Shown here: positions 1 to 10,760 of the stretch, one piece after another
How positions within the stretch are numbered: position 1 is the first letter of the stretch
How the letters are laid out: each line of letters opens with the position of its first letter
Assembly (NCBI GenBank): GCA_963718665.1
Contig: OY970359.1
Span: forward strand, 768,001 to 832,000
Origin: an uncultured Phycisphaerales bacterium
GTDB taxonomy: Bacteria; Planctomycetota; Phycisphaerae; Sedimentisphaerales; Anaerobacaceae
DNA: 64,000 bases
Direction of reading: 5' to 3'
Notes under the pieces: model-generated
The model's database searches: none
What the model was told of the DNA's origin: nothing
The model's input: the letters and a program-made list of their open reading frames with translations, nothing else
Position numbers and translations under genes: made by a program

Positions 1-821
1 CCCTGGCGTGGTATCTGCGGTATCGAAGCAATTACCGAAGATTCAGCGCGCTGGTCGGGCCTTTCGTGCTGACATTGTTGCCGATGGCGCTGATTCTGCT
101 TGAGCCGGACCTGGGGACAGTGCTTTTGATGATGCCGGTATTTCTCACTATGCTGTTTATCGCGGGGGCAAAAGTTAAGCATCTTGCGCTGATATTATTT
201 ATCGCTTTACTAATCAGCCCGCTTATGTGGTTCAAAATGCAGTCATATCAACGGCTGCGAATAAGCAGTGTTCTGCTGCAAAGCGAATGGCTTCGCCAAA
301 AAGCCGAGCAGCACCCGGCGCTTGGCAGGTTATTAGTCGGGGGGCCATTCTCATCCAAAAAATGGAAGGAAAACTGGGGCTATCATCTTATAAGGTCGAA
401 ATACGCAATCGCCTCGGGCGGTGCAACCGGCTACGGCTTCGGCAAGGGGCCTTTCGTCAAATACGACTTTCTGCCCGAAAGACACAATGACTTTATCTTT
501 TCCATTATCGCACATCAGTGGGGTTTTGTCGGGTGCGTCGGGGTTCTTGCGCTATACATAATATTACTGGTGTGCGGACTGGAGATAGCGGGCGAGACGA
601 CCGACCCGTTTGCCCGGCTGCTGGCCGCGGGAATAACATCAATGTTCGCGATTCAGCTTATCGTCAATGTGGCGATGACGCTGGGGCTTACGCCCATTAC
701 AGGAATTACGCTGCCGTTTATCAGTTACGGCGGGTCGAGTTTGGCATTCAGCATGCTTTGTGTGGGGCTTCTCAATAACGTGGGCCGATGGCGGCCTTTT
801 ACCGTCGCGCCAAGACGATGA
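1..821 (+). CDS. SEDS family peptidoglycan glycosyltransferase (RodA/FtsW), 5'-partial
   Basis: EPDLGT, 'FLPERHNDFIFS', 'GITLPFISYGGSS' motifs; frame appears to run off the window start. Confidence 0.9.
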   Translation, partial: LAWYLRYRSNYRRFSALVGPFVLTLLPMALILLEPDLGTVLLMMPVFLTMLFIAGAKVKHLALILFIALLISPLMWFKMQSYQRLRISSVLLQSEWLRQKAEQHPALGRLLVGGPFSSKKWKENWGYHLIRSKYAIASGGATGYGFGKGPFVKYDFLPERHNDFIFSIIAHQWGFVGCVGVLALYIILLVCGLEIAGETTDPFARLLAAGITSMFAIQLIVNVAMTLGLTPITGITLPFISYGGSSLAFSMLCVGLLNNVGRWRPFTVAPRR

Positions 822-828
822 TAAATTT

Positions 829-903
829 TACCGCGGAGCACGCGGCGACCGCAGAGTTGTTTTTTATTCTGTTTCCTCTGCGTCCTTTGCGGTCTCTGCG
901 GTG
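829..903. repeat. Short palindromic repeat (ACCGCGGAGCACGCGG.../...CTCTGCGGT family)
   Basis: Inverted pair overlapping the murJ 3' end; related copies at ~13296-13313, 13918-13991 and 15771-15872. Confidence 0.6.
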
Positions 904-2525
904 AATAGTCTGCCGCGAAGCTCAGCGATTTCCGGGGAGCCAAGCAGCCAGGCCGTGCCTACAAAAACGAAAGCACCTGCCGGCACGCAGGTAACAACAA
1001 CAATCCAGTTTCGCGTATCTTTCATAAGCCCCAGCAGAAGATAAATGACCGCGGACATAACAGCCGAAGCGATAATGCCGCGAGTTACGCTCGCGAGAAT
1101 CTTTCTGCCGCCGAATAACACGAGGCGTTTACGCAGCAGGTAAACAAGAACAACGGCGTTAATCGCGAAGGTAATCGTAGTCGATAGACCGAATGCGCCT
1201 GCACCAAGCCACGGTATCCAGACCATTGTTACCACCATAAGCAGATTAATCACTACAAGGGTACATGAAACCTTCAATGGTGTTGCGGTATCTTTCATTG
1301 AATAAAATGCGCGGGCGAGAATCTGGTAACTGCAATAAGCCCACATACCGAGAACATACATCTGGAGGACAAAAGCCGCCTGTGCCGCGTCTTCCGGACT
1401 GAAATTGCGGCGGGCATATATGACCTTCACAATCGGCCCAGCTAAAATATACAGGCCCGCTCCCGTGGCAATGCCTTCCATCAACGCAAGCCGCAAGGCC
1501 CGGTTGATACTGTCACGCAGATTTACAATGTCATTGCGGGCGGCGTAACGGGTAAGCAGCGGAAAGACCGCCACCCCAAGCGAAATCGCCAATACCCCCA
1601 TCGGGAACTGGTATAGCGCACGAGCGGCGTTCACTCGCGTTATAACCCCCGGCGTAAGCGGCTTGTGGAGCACCCAGCCGAATATGTTTATATCCGGAGC
1701 CGTAGCCGTAGCGGTAAGGTTCCAGGAGATTATTGTCGCCAGAAGTTCCGAAATTTGCAAAAACCCCAGTCCCAAAAGCACCGGCATAAGCAGCTTGATT
1801 ATCGGGACGATACCCGGCTCAACCGGCGTCAGGCGCACGCGAATCGAAAAGCCGCTTTTGCGCAACAGCCATAAAACCGCGATAAGCTGGATAAGTCCCG
1901 CTATTATCACGCTGAAGGCGACAATCACAAGCTGGCCCGGCAGATTGCCTTTTAGTGTCGGGGCAATCCACCACGCGGCTATGATTCCTACTATATTGAA
2001 TATGATTGGCGCGGTGGCGGGAAAGGCAAAGTGCCCGCGACAGTTCAGAGCAGCCGAGCCAAGAGCGAGCAGGCACACCGTAACCATATACGGGAACATA
2101 ATCGTCGCCATCATCATCAGAAATTGCCTGTCGGCAGACCCCGGCAATAATGCGACGACCACAAAGACAATCTCCACCAAAAGCATAACGGCCAGCAGGA
2201 ACACCGCCAGAAGCGCCATCGCATTGGCCAACAGTTTAGAGGCCTTTTCGAACCCGTCTTTTTCGACGGTATCGGTGAAAACAGGCACAAATGCCGACGA
2301 CAACGCCCCCTCTCCAAACAGCCGGCGGAAAAGATTAGGTATTTGAAACGCCAGGCCGTATGCGTCCGTCAGGCGGTTGGCACCCAGCGATGTTACGCCC
2401 ATATCGCGGAAAAGACCAAAAACACGGGAAACAAGCGTTATGCCCGCCACTACCTTTGCTGAACTGAAAAAATGCTCACGTTCACGGTGAGCTTCCTTAT
2501 GCTCCTGGCGAGTTTTTTCGCTCAT
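864..2525 (-). CDS. murJ: Lipid II flippase MurJ (MviN)
   Basis: 'SRVFGLFRD', 'AFQIPNLFRRLFGEGALSSAFVPVF', 'LYQFPMGV' motifs; many TM segments. Confidence 0.95.
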   Translation of the reverse strand: MSEKTRQEHKEAHREREHFFSSAKVVAGITLVSRVFGLFRDMGVTSLGANRLTDAYGLAFQIPNLFRRLFGEGALSSAFVPVFTDTVEKDGFEKASKLLANAMALLAVFLLAVMLLVEIVFVVVALLPGSADRQFLMMMATIMFPYMVTVCLLALGSAALNCRGHFAFPATAPIIFNIVGIIAAWWIAPTLKGNLPGQLVIVAFSVIIAGLIQLIAVLWLLRKSGFSIRVRLTPVEPGIVPIIKLLMPVLLGLGFLQISELLATIISWNLTATATAPDINIFGWVLHKPLTPGVITRVNAARALYQFPMGVLAISLGVAVFPLLTRYAARNDIVNLRDSINRALRLALMEGIATGAGLYILAGPIVKVIYARRNFSPEDAAQAAFVLQMYVLGMWAYCSYQILARAFYSMKDTATPLKVSCTLVVINLLMVVTMVWIPWLGAGAFGLSTTITFAINAVVLVYLLRKRLVLFGGRKILASVTRGIIASAVMSAVIYLLLGLMKDTRNWIVVVTCVPAGAFVFVGTAWLLGSPEIAELRGRLFTAETAKDAEETE

Positions 2526-2779
2526 AGGGACGAATTATACTCCAATCGCAAATTACTTCAAAAATACCTTTAACTCACTCAACACATCGGCAAACTGCCG
2601 CACCGAAGCCCCATAAATAATTGAATAATACTTTAAGAACCGCACTACCCTTTCATTTAAACCGTATATGTGTCAAAATACTGAAATTTAGGGCAAAAAC
2701 ATAACACCTAAAGCAATAAGCCGAATTACCCGAAGTATTGGGTAACGAGTGATATCTATAGTTTATGTGCGGACGGTAG

Positions 2780-5278
2780 ATGCGAACATCTGGCATTAGA
2801 AGAATTGCGGCAATTTTGACGGTAGTTCTGGCGTTGTCCGGCTCGGTATCAGCCACAGAGGCGGACAATCCCGAACCCAATGCGCCTCCCCCAAGAATGC
2901 GCCCAATAGGGGGCAAAATGCTGTATATGCCGATGCCCGAAAAACTCTTTTCGCCTTCGGTAAGCCAGTTGTTTTACGAAATGGCCTATGAGATATCGCA
3001 CAGAGATAACATAACCGATTCCCAGGCGGAGCAGGCCGTTGCGCTGCTTAATGCCGCGATGGAGATGGACTCCAGCGCCGGTTTCGCCACAGCCGATATG
3101 CTTGAAATACTGTCTCGGCCCAGGTCACAACATCATTTACAAATGCTGTATGACACCCTCATCAAATACACCGATAAAAACGCCGATTCATTAGTCGCTA
3201 CAAACGCCGCCAAATACCTGCTTAACCAACTCGATTCCCGCGAGCAGCGGGAAACACTGCTTAGGCGAATGATTCAGGACATAGGCGAGTCCAACCTTTT
3301 CGTCAGGTCCGAGCTCGCCACGGCGCTGGGTCTTTTGTTTGCCGAGAAGGCCGATAACACAAACGCCATCAAGGCAATGGCTACGGCCTATAGCTGGAAC
3401 AAATACAATCAGCTTGCTTTTGAGAAGCTCGTTGAACTGATGCCCGACCAGATAAGCCCCGTATTGAATCTCGAATACCTTCGGTTTAAACTTCGGAAAA
3501 ACCCGCTCAACCTCGGAGCCGCCATCGCTCTTGCGCAATATTCCCAAAAAACACAGCTTTATGACACGGCAGCCGGCGACTATCAGTATTGTGCCGATTT
3601 GTTCCAGTTCCTGTATCCCGGTCAGAATGTCCCCACCGCCATTTATATTGACTGGATGACATGCTGCTATAATGCCCCGCGAGGCAAGCCAAAATGCCTG
3701 CAGTTAGCCGAGCAATTCCGTAAACAGGGGCGGTTCAATCTTCAAATAGAAGTCCTCGCCGCCAGGGCCGCCGCAAAGACAGGCGACACTAAAACAGCCG
3801 GCCAAATCATCGAAACAGCCGAACAGAAAGCAATACAGGCCATCGGGGAATCAGTTGACTATAAATCGCTTGCATGGTTCTACTGCTTCATTCAAAAAAA
3901 ACCAGAGAAAGCCGTTGACTATGCCAACAAAGCGTACGCCGCCGAGCCGAATTCGCCTGTCACCGCCGGCCTGCTTGCCTGCGCCATGGTGGATAGTAAT
4001 CAGCTCGACTCCGCTAAACCGCTCTTTGAAAACTTTCCGCAGACGCAGTTCGCTGACTTCGCAAAAGCCAGGTTCAATCTCGCAAAAGGGCAGAAACAGT
4101 CAGCGCTCGATTCGATGCGGGCGGCAATCGACAAAGACCCCGGCTCAATCGTGGCTGAACAGGCCCTTATGCTGCTCGACGAGCAAAAATCGGAATATAT
4201 CCCAATATACGACACAAACTTAATTACAGTGGCATTTAAACAATCTGTCGGCGAGCAGATTATACCTCAATTCATGAGCCCCGACAGGATGCTGTCGTTC
4301 CAGCTTAATATACGCGGCAACAGGTTCGCCTACGGCAGCGACTTCACGGGTGCGATAACCATCACAAACAACTGGTATGAGCCGGTTGTTATCTCCGAAG
4401 ACGGGCTTTGCAAAGGCCACATATTAATAGACGCCAATGTTACCGGCGACATCAGCAGGCGATACGACAAAATCGTGCTGACCACAACAAGACCATCGCA
4501 GCCCATCGAACCGGGGCGCAGCGTTACTGTCCCCGTCCGACTTTATGCCGGCCCGCTAAAACAACTGCTTCTAAGCCACCCCCAGGCCTCGCTGAACATC
4601 CGATTCACCGCCTACTTAGACCCGGTTACAACTCCCGACGGTAATATGATAAGCGCAATACCCGGCATAATGCCCGTGATAGTCGATATCGAACGCCCCA
4701 GGACAGAAATCACCCAGGGCTACCTGCAAAACCGCTTCAATTCACTTTCGCAGGACAAGCAAGGCCCAAAAATCAAAGCTGCACAGCTCTTTGCGGGGTT
4801 ACTGATGGAAAGCCGGGAAATGGCTAATTCTCCCCTCGACTCCACTCGGAACGGGCAGGCATCTTACAAATTCGTATCCAACGAGGGGATGAACACAATG
4901 CTTGAATCAGCGCTGGCCCAGGGCTTGACCGACAGCGACTGGGTGGTCCGAACTCACAGTATGGCTGCGATTGCCGAACTGCCGCTGGACTACAAACTGA
5001 CCAACGCGGTCGCTGCGGGGCTAAACGACCAGCACTGGCCCGCGCGTATGACGGCCGTCTGGTTATTAGCACAAAAACAACAGGACTACAACTTCACAAA
5101 GGTCCTCGACCATATCGCCCAGTATGACGACAGGGATTTCGTTCGCAATATGGCCATCGCCTTTGGCGCCAAAGCAGCCCCGCCAAAACAAACCATCGAA
5201 GAGCCATTCCCTGACCTGTTAAAAAAGGACCCCAATGCCGACAGCAACAATATTTTTGCGTTACCTCCCAACCAATAA
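2780..5278 (+). CDS. Exported TPR/HEAT-repeat protein
   Basis: Signal peptide, helical Ala/Tyr-rich repeats, C-terminal HEAT-like 'DWVVRTHS..', 'WPARMTAV' segments. Confidence 0.65.
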   Translation: MRTSGIRRIAAILTVVLALSGSVSATEADNPEPNAPPPRMRPIGGKMLYMPMPEKLFSPSVSQLFYEMAYEISHRDNITDSQAEQAVALLNAAMEMDSSAGFATADMLEILSRPRSQHHLQMLYDTLIKYTDKNADSLVATNAAKYLLNQLDSREQRETLLRRMIQDIGESNLFVRSELATALGLLFAEKADNTNAIKAMATAYSWNKYNQLAFEKLVELMPDQISPVLNLEYLRFKLRKNPLNLGAAIALAQYSQKTQLYDTAAGDYQYCADLFQFLYPGQNVPTAIYIDWMTCCYNAPRGKPKCLQLAEQFRKQGRFNLQIEVLAARAAAKTGDTKTAGQIIETAEQKAIQAIGESVDYKSLAWFYCFIQKKPEKAVDYANKAYAAEPNSPVTAGLLACAMVDSNQLDSAKPLFENFPQTQFADFAKARFNLAKGQKQSALDSMRAAIDKDPGSIVAEQALMLLDEQKSEYIPIYDTNLITVAFKQSVGEQIIPQFMSPDRMLSFQLNIRGNRFAYGSDFTGAITITNNWYEPVVISEDGLCKGHILIDANVTGDISRRYDKIVLTTTRPSQPIEPGRSVTVPVRLYAGPLKQLLLSHPQASLNIRFTAYLDPVTTPDGNMISAIPGIMPVIVDIERPRTEITQGYLQNRFNSLSQDKQGPKIKAAQLFAGLLMESREMANSPLDSTRNGQASYKFVSNEGMNTMLESALAQGLTDSDWVVRTHSMAAIAELPLDYKLTNAVAAGLNDQHWPARMTAVWLLAQKQQDYNFTKVLDHIAQYDDRDFVRNMAIAFGAKAAPPKQTIEEPFPDLLKKDPNADSNNIFALPPNQ

Positions 5279-5437
5279 TGGCTGATTGCTCTATCCCCCC
5301 TCTGCTAAAATCCTCTAAAATTTCAAAAAATTTGCTTTGTATTGTGAGACCAATTTTGTAACATTTCGACCATCGTATTCGTATATACTTTTTTGATGAC
5401 CGTACTTTGGGGTGGTTTTTTTGGAAAGGGTATTGAA

Positions 5438-5611
5438 ATGCCGGCACAAGTTGACAAAGAAAAATGCACTGGTTGCGAATCCTGCGTCGAGGAATGCCCC
5501 AGTGAGGCAATCTCGATGGAAGACGGAAAAGCAAAGGTAAACCCGGAGGCCTGCATCGATTGCGGCGTATGCGTCGATGCCTGCCCGGAACAGGCAATCA
5601 GTATGCAGTAA
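5438..5611 (+). CDS. 2[4Fe-4S] ferredoxin
   Basis: Two CxxCxxCxxxCP motifs; ATG at 5438 after an AAGGG RBS-like sequence. Confidence 0.93.
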   Translation: MPAQVDKEKCTGCESCVEECPSEAISMEDGKAKVNPEACIDCGVCVDACPEQAISMQ

Positions 5612-5621
5612 GCATGCGGTT

Positions 5622-5696
5622 GGCCCCATCGTCTAGGCCGGTCCAGGACACCGGGTTTTCAACCCGGCGACAGGGGTTCGAATCCCCTTGGGGCTA
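5622..5696 (+). tRNA. tRNA-Glu(TTC)
   Basis: Acceptor GGCCCCA/TGGGGCT, anticodon arm CCGGG-TTTTCAA-CCCGG, T-loop GGTTCGAATCC. Confidence 0.95.
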
Positions 5697-5777
5697 TTCG
5701 ATTTACGATTTATGATTGCTGATTTCCGATTTGAAAGCGGAAACCTTATAAATCTACAATCGCAAATCCTTTACGTC

Positions 5778-6848
5778 TTACCTGCTCTGTCTTTCAGGTA
5801 AGGCGTTTACCGCGTTGCAGGTTTTTATCGCGACCAATATATATGTGATGAAATGCCCGATGCCTGCCGCGGCTGCGATAGATACGAGCACCCATGAGGC
5901 AAGAGTATAGCCCTCAAAAGCCCTGTTTATAAGTCCAGTGAATGGAAATACGCATATCATAGGAATCATCACAAATATTGCGGCTGACATAAATAAAACT
6001 GCGTATATCAGAAACAGCGTCATCGGCAACCTTACGGCCCTTATCGAACGCCGAATTATAAATGAGTTGTAGTCCTCCGTGAATCCCGTGAGCATTAACA
6101 ATGCCCAGTAAATATTGAAGACCGGGATGAATAAAAACCCGACTGCCCGGCCCGGCGAGATGGACGGCTGGCTGTCCTTAATGGCCGCCCACATCTTGTA
6201 AAACAGCATAAGCTCGATTGCCACACTGCATACGAGGAAAACATCCGCAGCCGCAAAAGCCGTAATCACAGTTGACTTGGCCCCTTTTTGTACCGCCAGA
6301 ACAAGGCCTAACGCGCCTAAAATTCCCGCGATAATCCGCACAGCCATCCAGCAATATACAAACACCGTTTTTGATAACGCTGTCCCGCCACCTTGTGGCG
6401 AGGTCTCACCCGCCTCGGCTCTCGCCGTAGGCGAGGTCGGGCCAGAGGCGGATTTCGATACCGCTTTGGGTCCGGGCTGCTCTTGCTTTGTTGGCCCCGC
6501 ACTTATTGGGGGAGGCACTATGGGAACAGGGCTTTTTACCTGAGGCGTTATTGGTTCAGGACCCACCAAAGGGCGAGGTCTCGTCAAAGGCGGACTTTTC
6601 ACAGGCGGGGCTGCGGGCGCCGGCGGTTCTGCCGGGGGCACGACTTTCGCCGGAGGCGTGACTGGTTCGGGATTCTTTACGGGCTGCTCTACGGCTGCCG
6701 GCTCGCCGAGCTTCGCGGGCGAAGCGGGTGTTTCTATGAATGGCTCAATGGTAAATTGCTGGACGCATTTGGGGCATTTCGCCTGTTTGCCGACGTTCGT
6801 TTCATTCACATTAAACTTTGATTTGCAATTCGGACACTGTGTTTTCAT
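5778..6848 (-). CDS. Zinc-ribbon (MJ0042-type) membrane protein with Pro-rich linker
   Basis: N-terminal CPNC...CPKC, Pro-rich linker, C-terminal TM helices. Confidence 0.75.
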   Translation of the reverse strand: MKTQCPNCKSKFNVNETNVGKQAKCPKCVQQFTIEPFIETPASPAKLGEPAAVEQPVKNPEPVTPPAKVVPPAEPPAPAAPPVKSPPLTRPRPLVGPEPITPQVKSPVPIVPPPISAGPTKQEQPGPKAVSKSASGPTSPTARAEAGETSPQGGGTALSKTVFVYCWMAVRIIAGILGALGLVLAVQKGAKSTVITAFAAADVFLVCSVAIELMLFYKMWAAIKDSQPSISPGRAVGFLFIPVFNIYWALLMLTGFTEDYNSFIIRRSIRAVRLPMTLFLIYAVLFMSAAIFVMIPMICVFPFTGLINRAFEGYTLASWVLVSIAAAAGIGHFITYILVAIKTCNAVNALPERQSR

Positions 6849-7068
6849 AGAATAAGCCCTTTATTTCCTCTCTTCCCGAGCCAGACACTCCTTCCCGGGT
6901 TCGATTTAATGACCGGGAACTATTCTACCATATTTTAAGCTGACCCGAAGTGGTTTTACCTGATTTTTCTTTGGTAATCACCGGCAAAAGGGTATAATCA
7001 AAAGTGTCTTTTAGCCCCGGTGAGCTGATGACAGCCGCTGAGAGGCAAAGGCAAAGAAGGAGAAGAGT

Positions 7069-9960
7069 ATGAAAAGTAAAACACGTCTAAAGGCCACCCT
7101 AATTGCAATTATGGCAATGGTGTTATTTCTAAGCCAAACGGCGGGTGCTGATTATAATTACGGCGAGGCGCTTCAGAAAGCGATTTACTTCTATATGCAG
7201 CAGCGCTGCGGCCCCCTGCCGGCTGATAACCCTGTGATATGGCGGGCTGACTCGTGCCTGAACGACGGGGCTGACGTCGGGCAGGATTTGGCCGGCGGCT
7301 ATCTGGATGCCGGCGACAACGTGAAGTTCGGCCTGCCCATGGCTTCAACGGTGGCGACGCTGAGCTGGGGTGTTTACGAATATCGAAGCGCCTTTGTCAA
7401 CGCAGGCCTGCTGGATAAGGTTCTCGACGACATCAGATGGGGCACCGATTACTTCATCAAATGCCACACCGCTACAAATGAATTTTATTATCAGGTTGGC
7501 GCCGGAAGCGCCGACCACGCATGGTGGGGACCAGTTGAGGTAATTGAAGAGGTAATGACCCGGCCATCGTACAAAGTTACAGCCGCATCGCCCGGTTCGT
7601 GCGTTGTCGGCGGAACAGCCGCGGCCCTTGCGTCTGCCTCCATAGTTTTAATGCCGACCGACCCAAACTATGCTTCCTTATGTCTGACTCACGCCCAGCA
7701 ATTATTCGACTTCGCCTACACCACCCAAAGCGATTCCGGCTACACGGCCGCCAACGGATTTTATACTTCCTACAGCGGATACTGGGATGAACTGTCAGCC
7801 GCCGCCGCATGGCTTTACCTTGCCACCAACGATGCAAACTACCTGGCTAAGGCTGAGCTTTGCGCGAACAACTGGGGCATGGAAGGACAAACCGGCTACT
7901 GGGGCTACAAGTGGACCCATTCCTGGGACGATATGCATTATATGGCACAAATCCTGCTGGCACGGGCCACAGGAAAGCAAATCTACATCGACTCAATCGA
8001 ACGCAACCTCGACTTCTGGCAGCCCGGCGGAGGTATCACTTACACCCCCGGCGGGCTGGCTTGGCTGGACTCGTGGGCTTCGCTACGTTACGCCGCCAAT
8101 GCTTCGCTCTTAGCGTTTATCTGGGCAGACGACAGCCACGGTAATGCGGCAAAGAAAACCGGCTACAGAAACTTCGCGGTAAGACAGATTAAATACATCC
8201 TCGGAGACAACCCTCGCGCCGGCAGTTACATTATCGGCTTCGGCGCCAATTATCCTCAGTACCCGCATCACAGGACGGCACACGGCTCATGGGCCAATAG
8301 TATAGACACACCGAGCCAAACCAGGCACGTGATCCAGGGGGCGATGGTCGGCGGACCCGACAGCAGCGACAACTATCAGGACGTCAGAAGCAACTATACA
8401 GAGAACGAGGTGGCCTGCGACTATGATGCTGCCCTGGTGGGGGCGCTGGCAAAGATGTATTCACTTTACGGCGGGACTCCCATTTCCGGTTTTCCCAGAA
8501 CGAGCGACTTCGCACAAGACCAGGACCCATACACCGAGTACTTTCCCAACGCCAAGATTAACTCGCAAGGAACTACCTATACAGAGTGGAGTGTTGACCT
8601 GACCAACCACTCGGCCTGGCCGGCACGAGTGACCGATAAGCTCTCTTACCGTTACTTCTTCGACCTGACGGAAGCATTTAACGCCGGCTACACTATAAAC
8701 AATGTTACAGTAACGAAAAATTATACCGAAGTGCCGGTTACTGTAACCGGTCCGACACACTTAAGAGATAATATTTACTATGTCACGGTAGATTACACGG
8801 GAAGCGCAATTTATCCCGGCGGGCAGTCAGAATCCGCAAGAGAAACGCAGGTCCGCATAGCCCTGCCAAACAATGCCCCCGCTGCCGCCTGGGACCCGAA
8901 CAACGACTGGTCGTATCAGGGTCTTACCACGACGGCCGCCCAGACCCCGTACATTCCGGTTTATGACAACGGCATTCGCATCTACGGGCAGGAACCCGGA
9001 CCAATCCTGCCGCCTGTTTCTATTGCGGGCTTCATCAAAAACGATTGCGACGTGCCGATATCAGGCGTGCTTGTTACCGCCACCAACAGCGGCGGGCAAT
9101 ACACGACCGACATAAACGGCTTCTACACATTCTCGGTGGACAGTAACTGGTCAGGAACGATAACGCCGAGCAAAAAACATTACACATTTGAGCCCAACCA
9201 GATGATTTATGCTAATGTGGAGGCCAACGCGCAGGACCAGAATTACACTGCCAATAACATTTACGACCTCGACTGCGACGGGGTAATTGGCCTGGGTGAT
9301 TTCGCAGTGATGGCCGACTACTGGCTCGCGACCGGCCCCGGAATACCATGCGATTTTGTCGCCGATGGAACAGTGAACTTCCTCGATTTCGCAAAACTCG
9401 CATCCGCCTCGACAAACAATCCGCCGACCATTTCTATAATTTCACCGGCCGACGGCACTGAGTTTAACGCCCCCGCGACCGTTACGATAAATGCCACGGC
9501 GTCTGACAGCGACGGCTCCGTGAGCAAGGTCGATTTCTATCAGGGTTCAACATTACTGGGGACAGATACTAATACACCTTATTCCTTCACCTGGAATAAC
9601 GTGACCGACGGCAACTATATTCTGACTGCCAAAGCAACCGATGATGAAGGAGCCGTAACCACCTCCTCCGCGGTCAATATAACAGTGAACGTAACAACCG
9701 GATGCACCTGCATCGCCGGCTGCGACACAAGGACCGTCATTACTGCGCCTTTCACCCAAGATGGTGCAGGCGAGTTCTGCTGGGAATCAACCAATCTCGG
9801 CACTTACATAAACAACTGGAATATGGACAAATTAACCGTGAACGGAACTGACTATACAGGTCAATATGTCTTCACTTCTGCCATTCCTAAAATCAACGGC
9901 AAATATTACGTTTACTATAAAGGGTCTTACGCCTGGAGCCACTTCGAGGCCGAGAATTAG
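7069..9960 (+). CDS. Secreted GH9 endoglucanase with CBM3, dockerin-like, Ig-like and probable CBM64 modules
   Basis: 'GGYLDAGDNVKFGLPMA', 'PHHRTAH', 'DVRSNYTENEVACDY' GH9 motifs; CBM3c-like 'LSYRYFFDLTE..WDPNNDWSY'; C-terminal 'DGAGEFCW..NWN..WSHFEA'. Confidence 0.92.
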   Translation: MKSKTRLKATLIAIMAMVLFLSQTAGADYNYGEALQKAIYFYMQQRCGPLPADNPVIWRADSCLNDGADVGQDLAGGYLDAGDNVKFGLPMASTVATLSWGVYEYRSAFVNAGLLDKVLDDIRWGTDYFIKCHTATNEFYYQVGAGSADHAWWGPVEVIEEVMTRPSYKVTAASPGSCVVGGTAAALASASIVLMPTDPNYASLCLTHAQQLFDFAYTTQSDSGYTAANGFYTSYSGYWDELSAAAAWLYLATNDANYLAKAELCANNWGMEGQTGYWGYKWTHSWDDMHYMAQILLARATGKQIYIDSIERNLDFWQPGGGITYTPGGLAWLDSWASLRYAANASLLAFIWADDSHGNAAKKTGYRNFAVRQIKYILGDNPRAGSYIIGFGANYPQYPHHRTAHGSWANSIDTPSQTRHVIQGAMVGGPDSSDNYQDVRSNYTENEVACDYDAALVGALAKMYSLYGGTPISGFPRTSDFAQDQDPYTEYFPNAKINSQGTTYTEWSVDLTNHSAWPARVTDKLSYRYFFDLTEAFNAGYTINNVTVTKNYTEVPVTVTGPTHLRDNIYYVTVDYTGSAIYPGGQSESARETQVRIALPNNAPAAAWDPNNDWSYQGLTTTAAQTPYIPVYDNGIRIYGQEPGPILPPVSIAGFIKNDCDVPISGVLVTATNSGGQYTTDINGFYTFSVDSNWSGTITPSKKHYTFEPNQMIYANVEANAQDQNYTANNIYDLDCDGVIGLGDFAVMADYWLATGPGIPCDFVADGTVNFLDFAKLASASTNNPPTISIISPADGTEFNAPATVTINATASDSDGSVSKVDFYQGSTLLGTDTNTPYSFTWNNVTDGNYILTAKATDDEGAVTTSSAVNITVNVTTGCTCIAGCDTRTVITAPFTQDGAGEFCWESTNLGTYINNWNMDKLTVNGTDYTGQYVFTSAIPKINGKYYVYYKGSYAWSHFEAEN

Positions 9961-10111
9961 AAATTGACATCTTTGCTATTAAACTGCCATGCTTTTGCGG
10001 CCTTGGTGCGGTGATTTGGTTTGACCCTGCTCACCACGGGTTGAGACGAAAACGTTAAAAGAAACGCCCCGAAATGTTATCTTTACTGCCGCTTTGATGT
10101 CTTCCGGCAAT

Positions 10112-10723
10112 TCAGACCATTTTCGCCAGGCCGTCGAAGCAGATTTGCGACCAGGTTTCCATAGTATCGCGAACCTCCTGCAATTCGGAGATACTCATAA
10201 AGCCCATCTGCGTTATCATTTGCTCACGCCTCTCGACCTTCGGTTCATCCAAAGTCCACAAATGCACGATTCCCAGATGCACATGGCCAACCTCGTTTGA
10301 ATCGTCATTGAGAAGAGCGACAATTTTATCAGTGTAAGCCGCTTTCACCGAAACTTCTTCAGCTACCTCTCGCTGCACGGCTTCAAGGTAAGTTTTATAT
10401 GATTCCGCAGTGAATAACGTCCAATCAACAGGGTTTATATGGCCGCCGATGCCGAGAGAACGTTTGGCGACAAGGCGGGTTTCGCCCGCGCGTTTGCCGC
10501 GGACATAGCTTAGGTATTTGCCGGTGCAGGTCATAATCACATAAGGGATGAGCTGCTTAAAGGACGGGTCTTTTTCGGCCTGCGGCCGGGGCATAAAACG
10601 GGGAACGCCCGGGGCAAAAAGTTTATCGAGATACTTTTGAGTATCCATCGCAAGGCCGTTAAACGCGCCTGCGCTTTCAAAGACCTTCCGCTGGACTACC
10701 AATACCTGTTCATCTTGTGCCAT
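10112..10723 (-). CDS. NUDIX-like phosphoesterase
   Basis: 'KQLIPY', 'SLGIGGHIN', 'REVAEEV', 'VGHVHLG' motifs. Confidence 0.75.
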   Translation of the reverse strand: MAQDEQVLVVQRKVFESAGAFNGLAMDTQKYLDKLFAPGVPRFMPRPQAEKDPSFKQLIPYVIMTCTGKYLSYVRGKRAGETRLVAKRSLGIGGHINPVDWTLFTAESYKTYLEAVQREVAEEVSVKAAYTDKIVALLNDDSNEVGHVHLGIVHLWTLDEPKVERREQMITQMGFMSISELQEVRDTMETWSQICFDGLAKMV

Positions 10724-10760
10724 TCCCTGCTCCGTTTTTTACGAGATTATGAACGACATC

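Noticed and set aside
5698..5770. Heptamer-like CGATTTA/AAATC runs after tRNA-Glu
   Set aside because: Short degenerate inverted repeat, probably a terminator-like or common dispersed repeat; no array structure.
7010..7050. GCTGATGAC motif (also ~11586) as a fluoride riboswitch
   Set aside because: The 5' GGnGATGG..CC stem is missing and the gene context does not fit.
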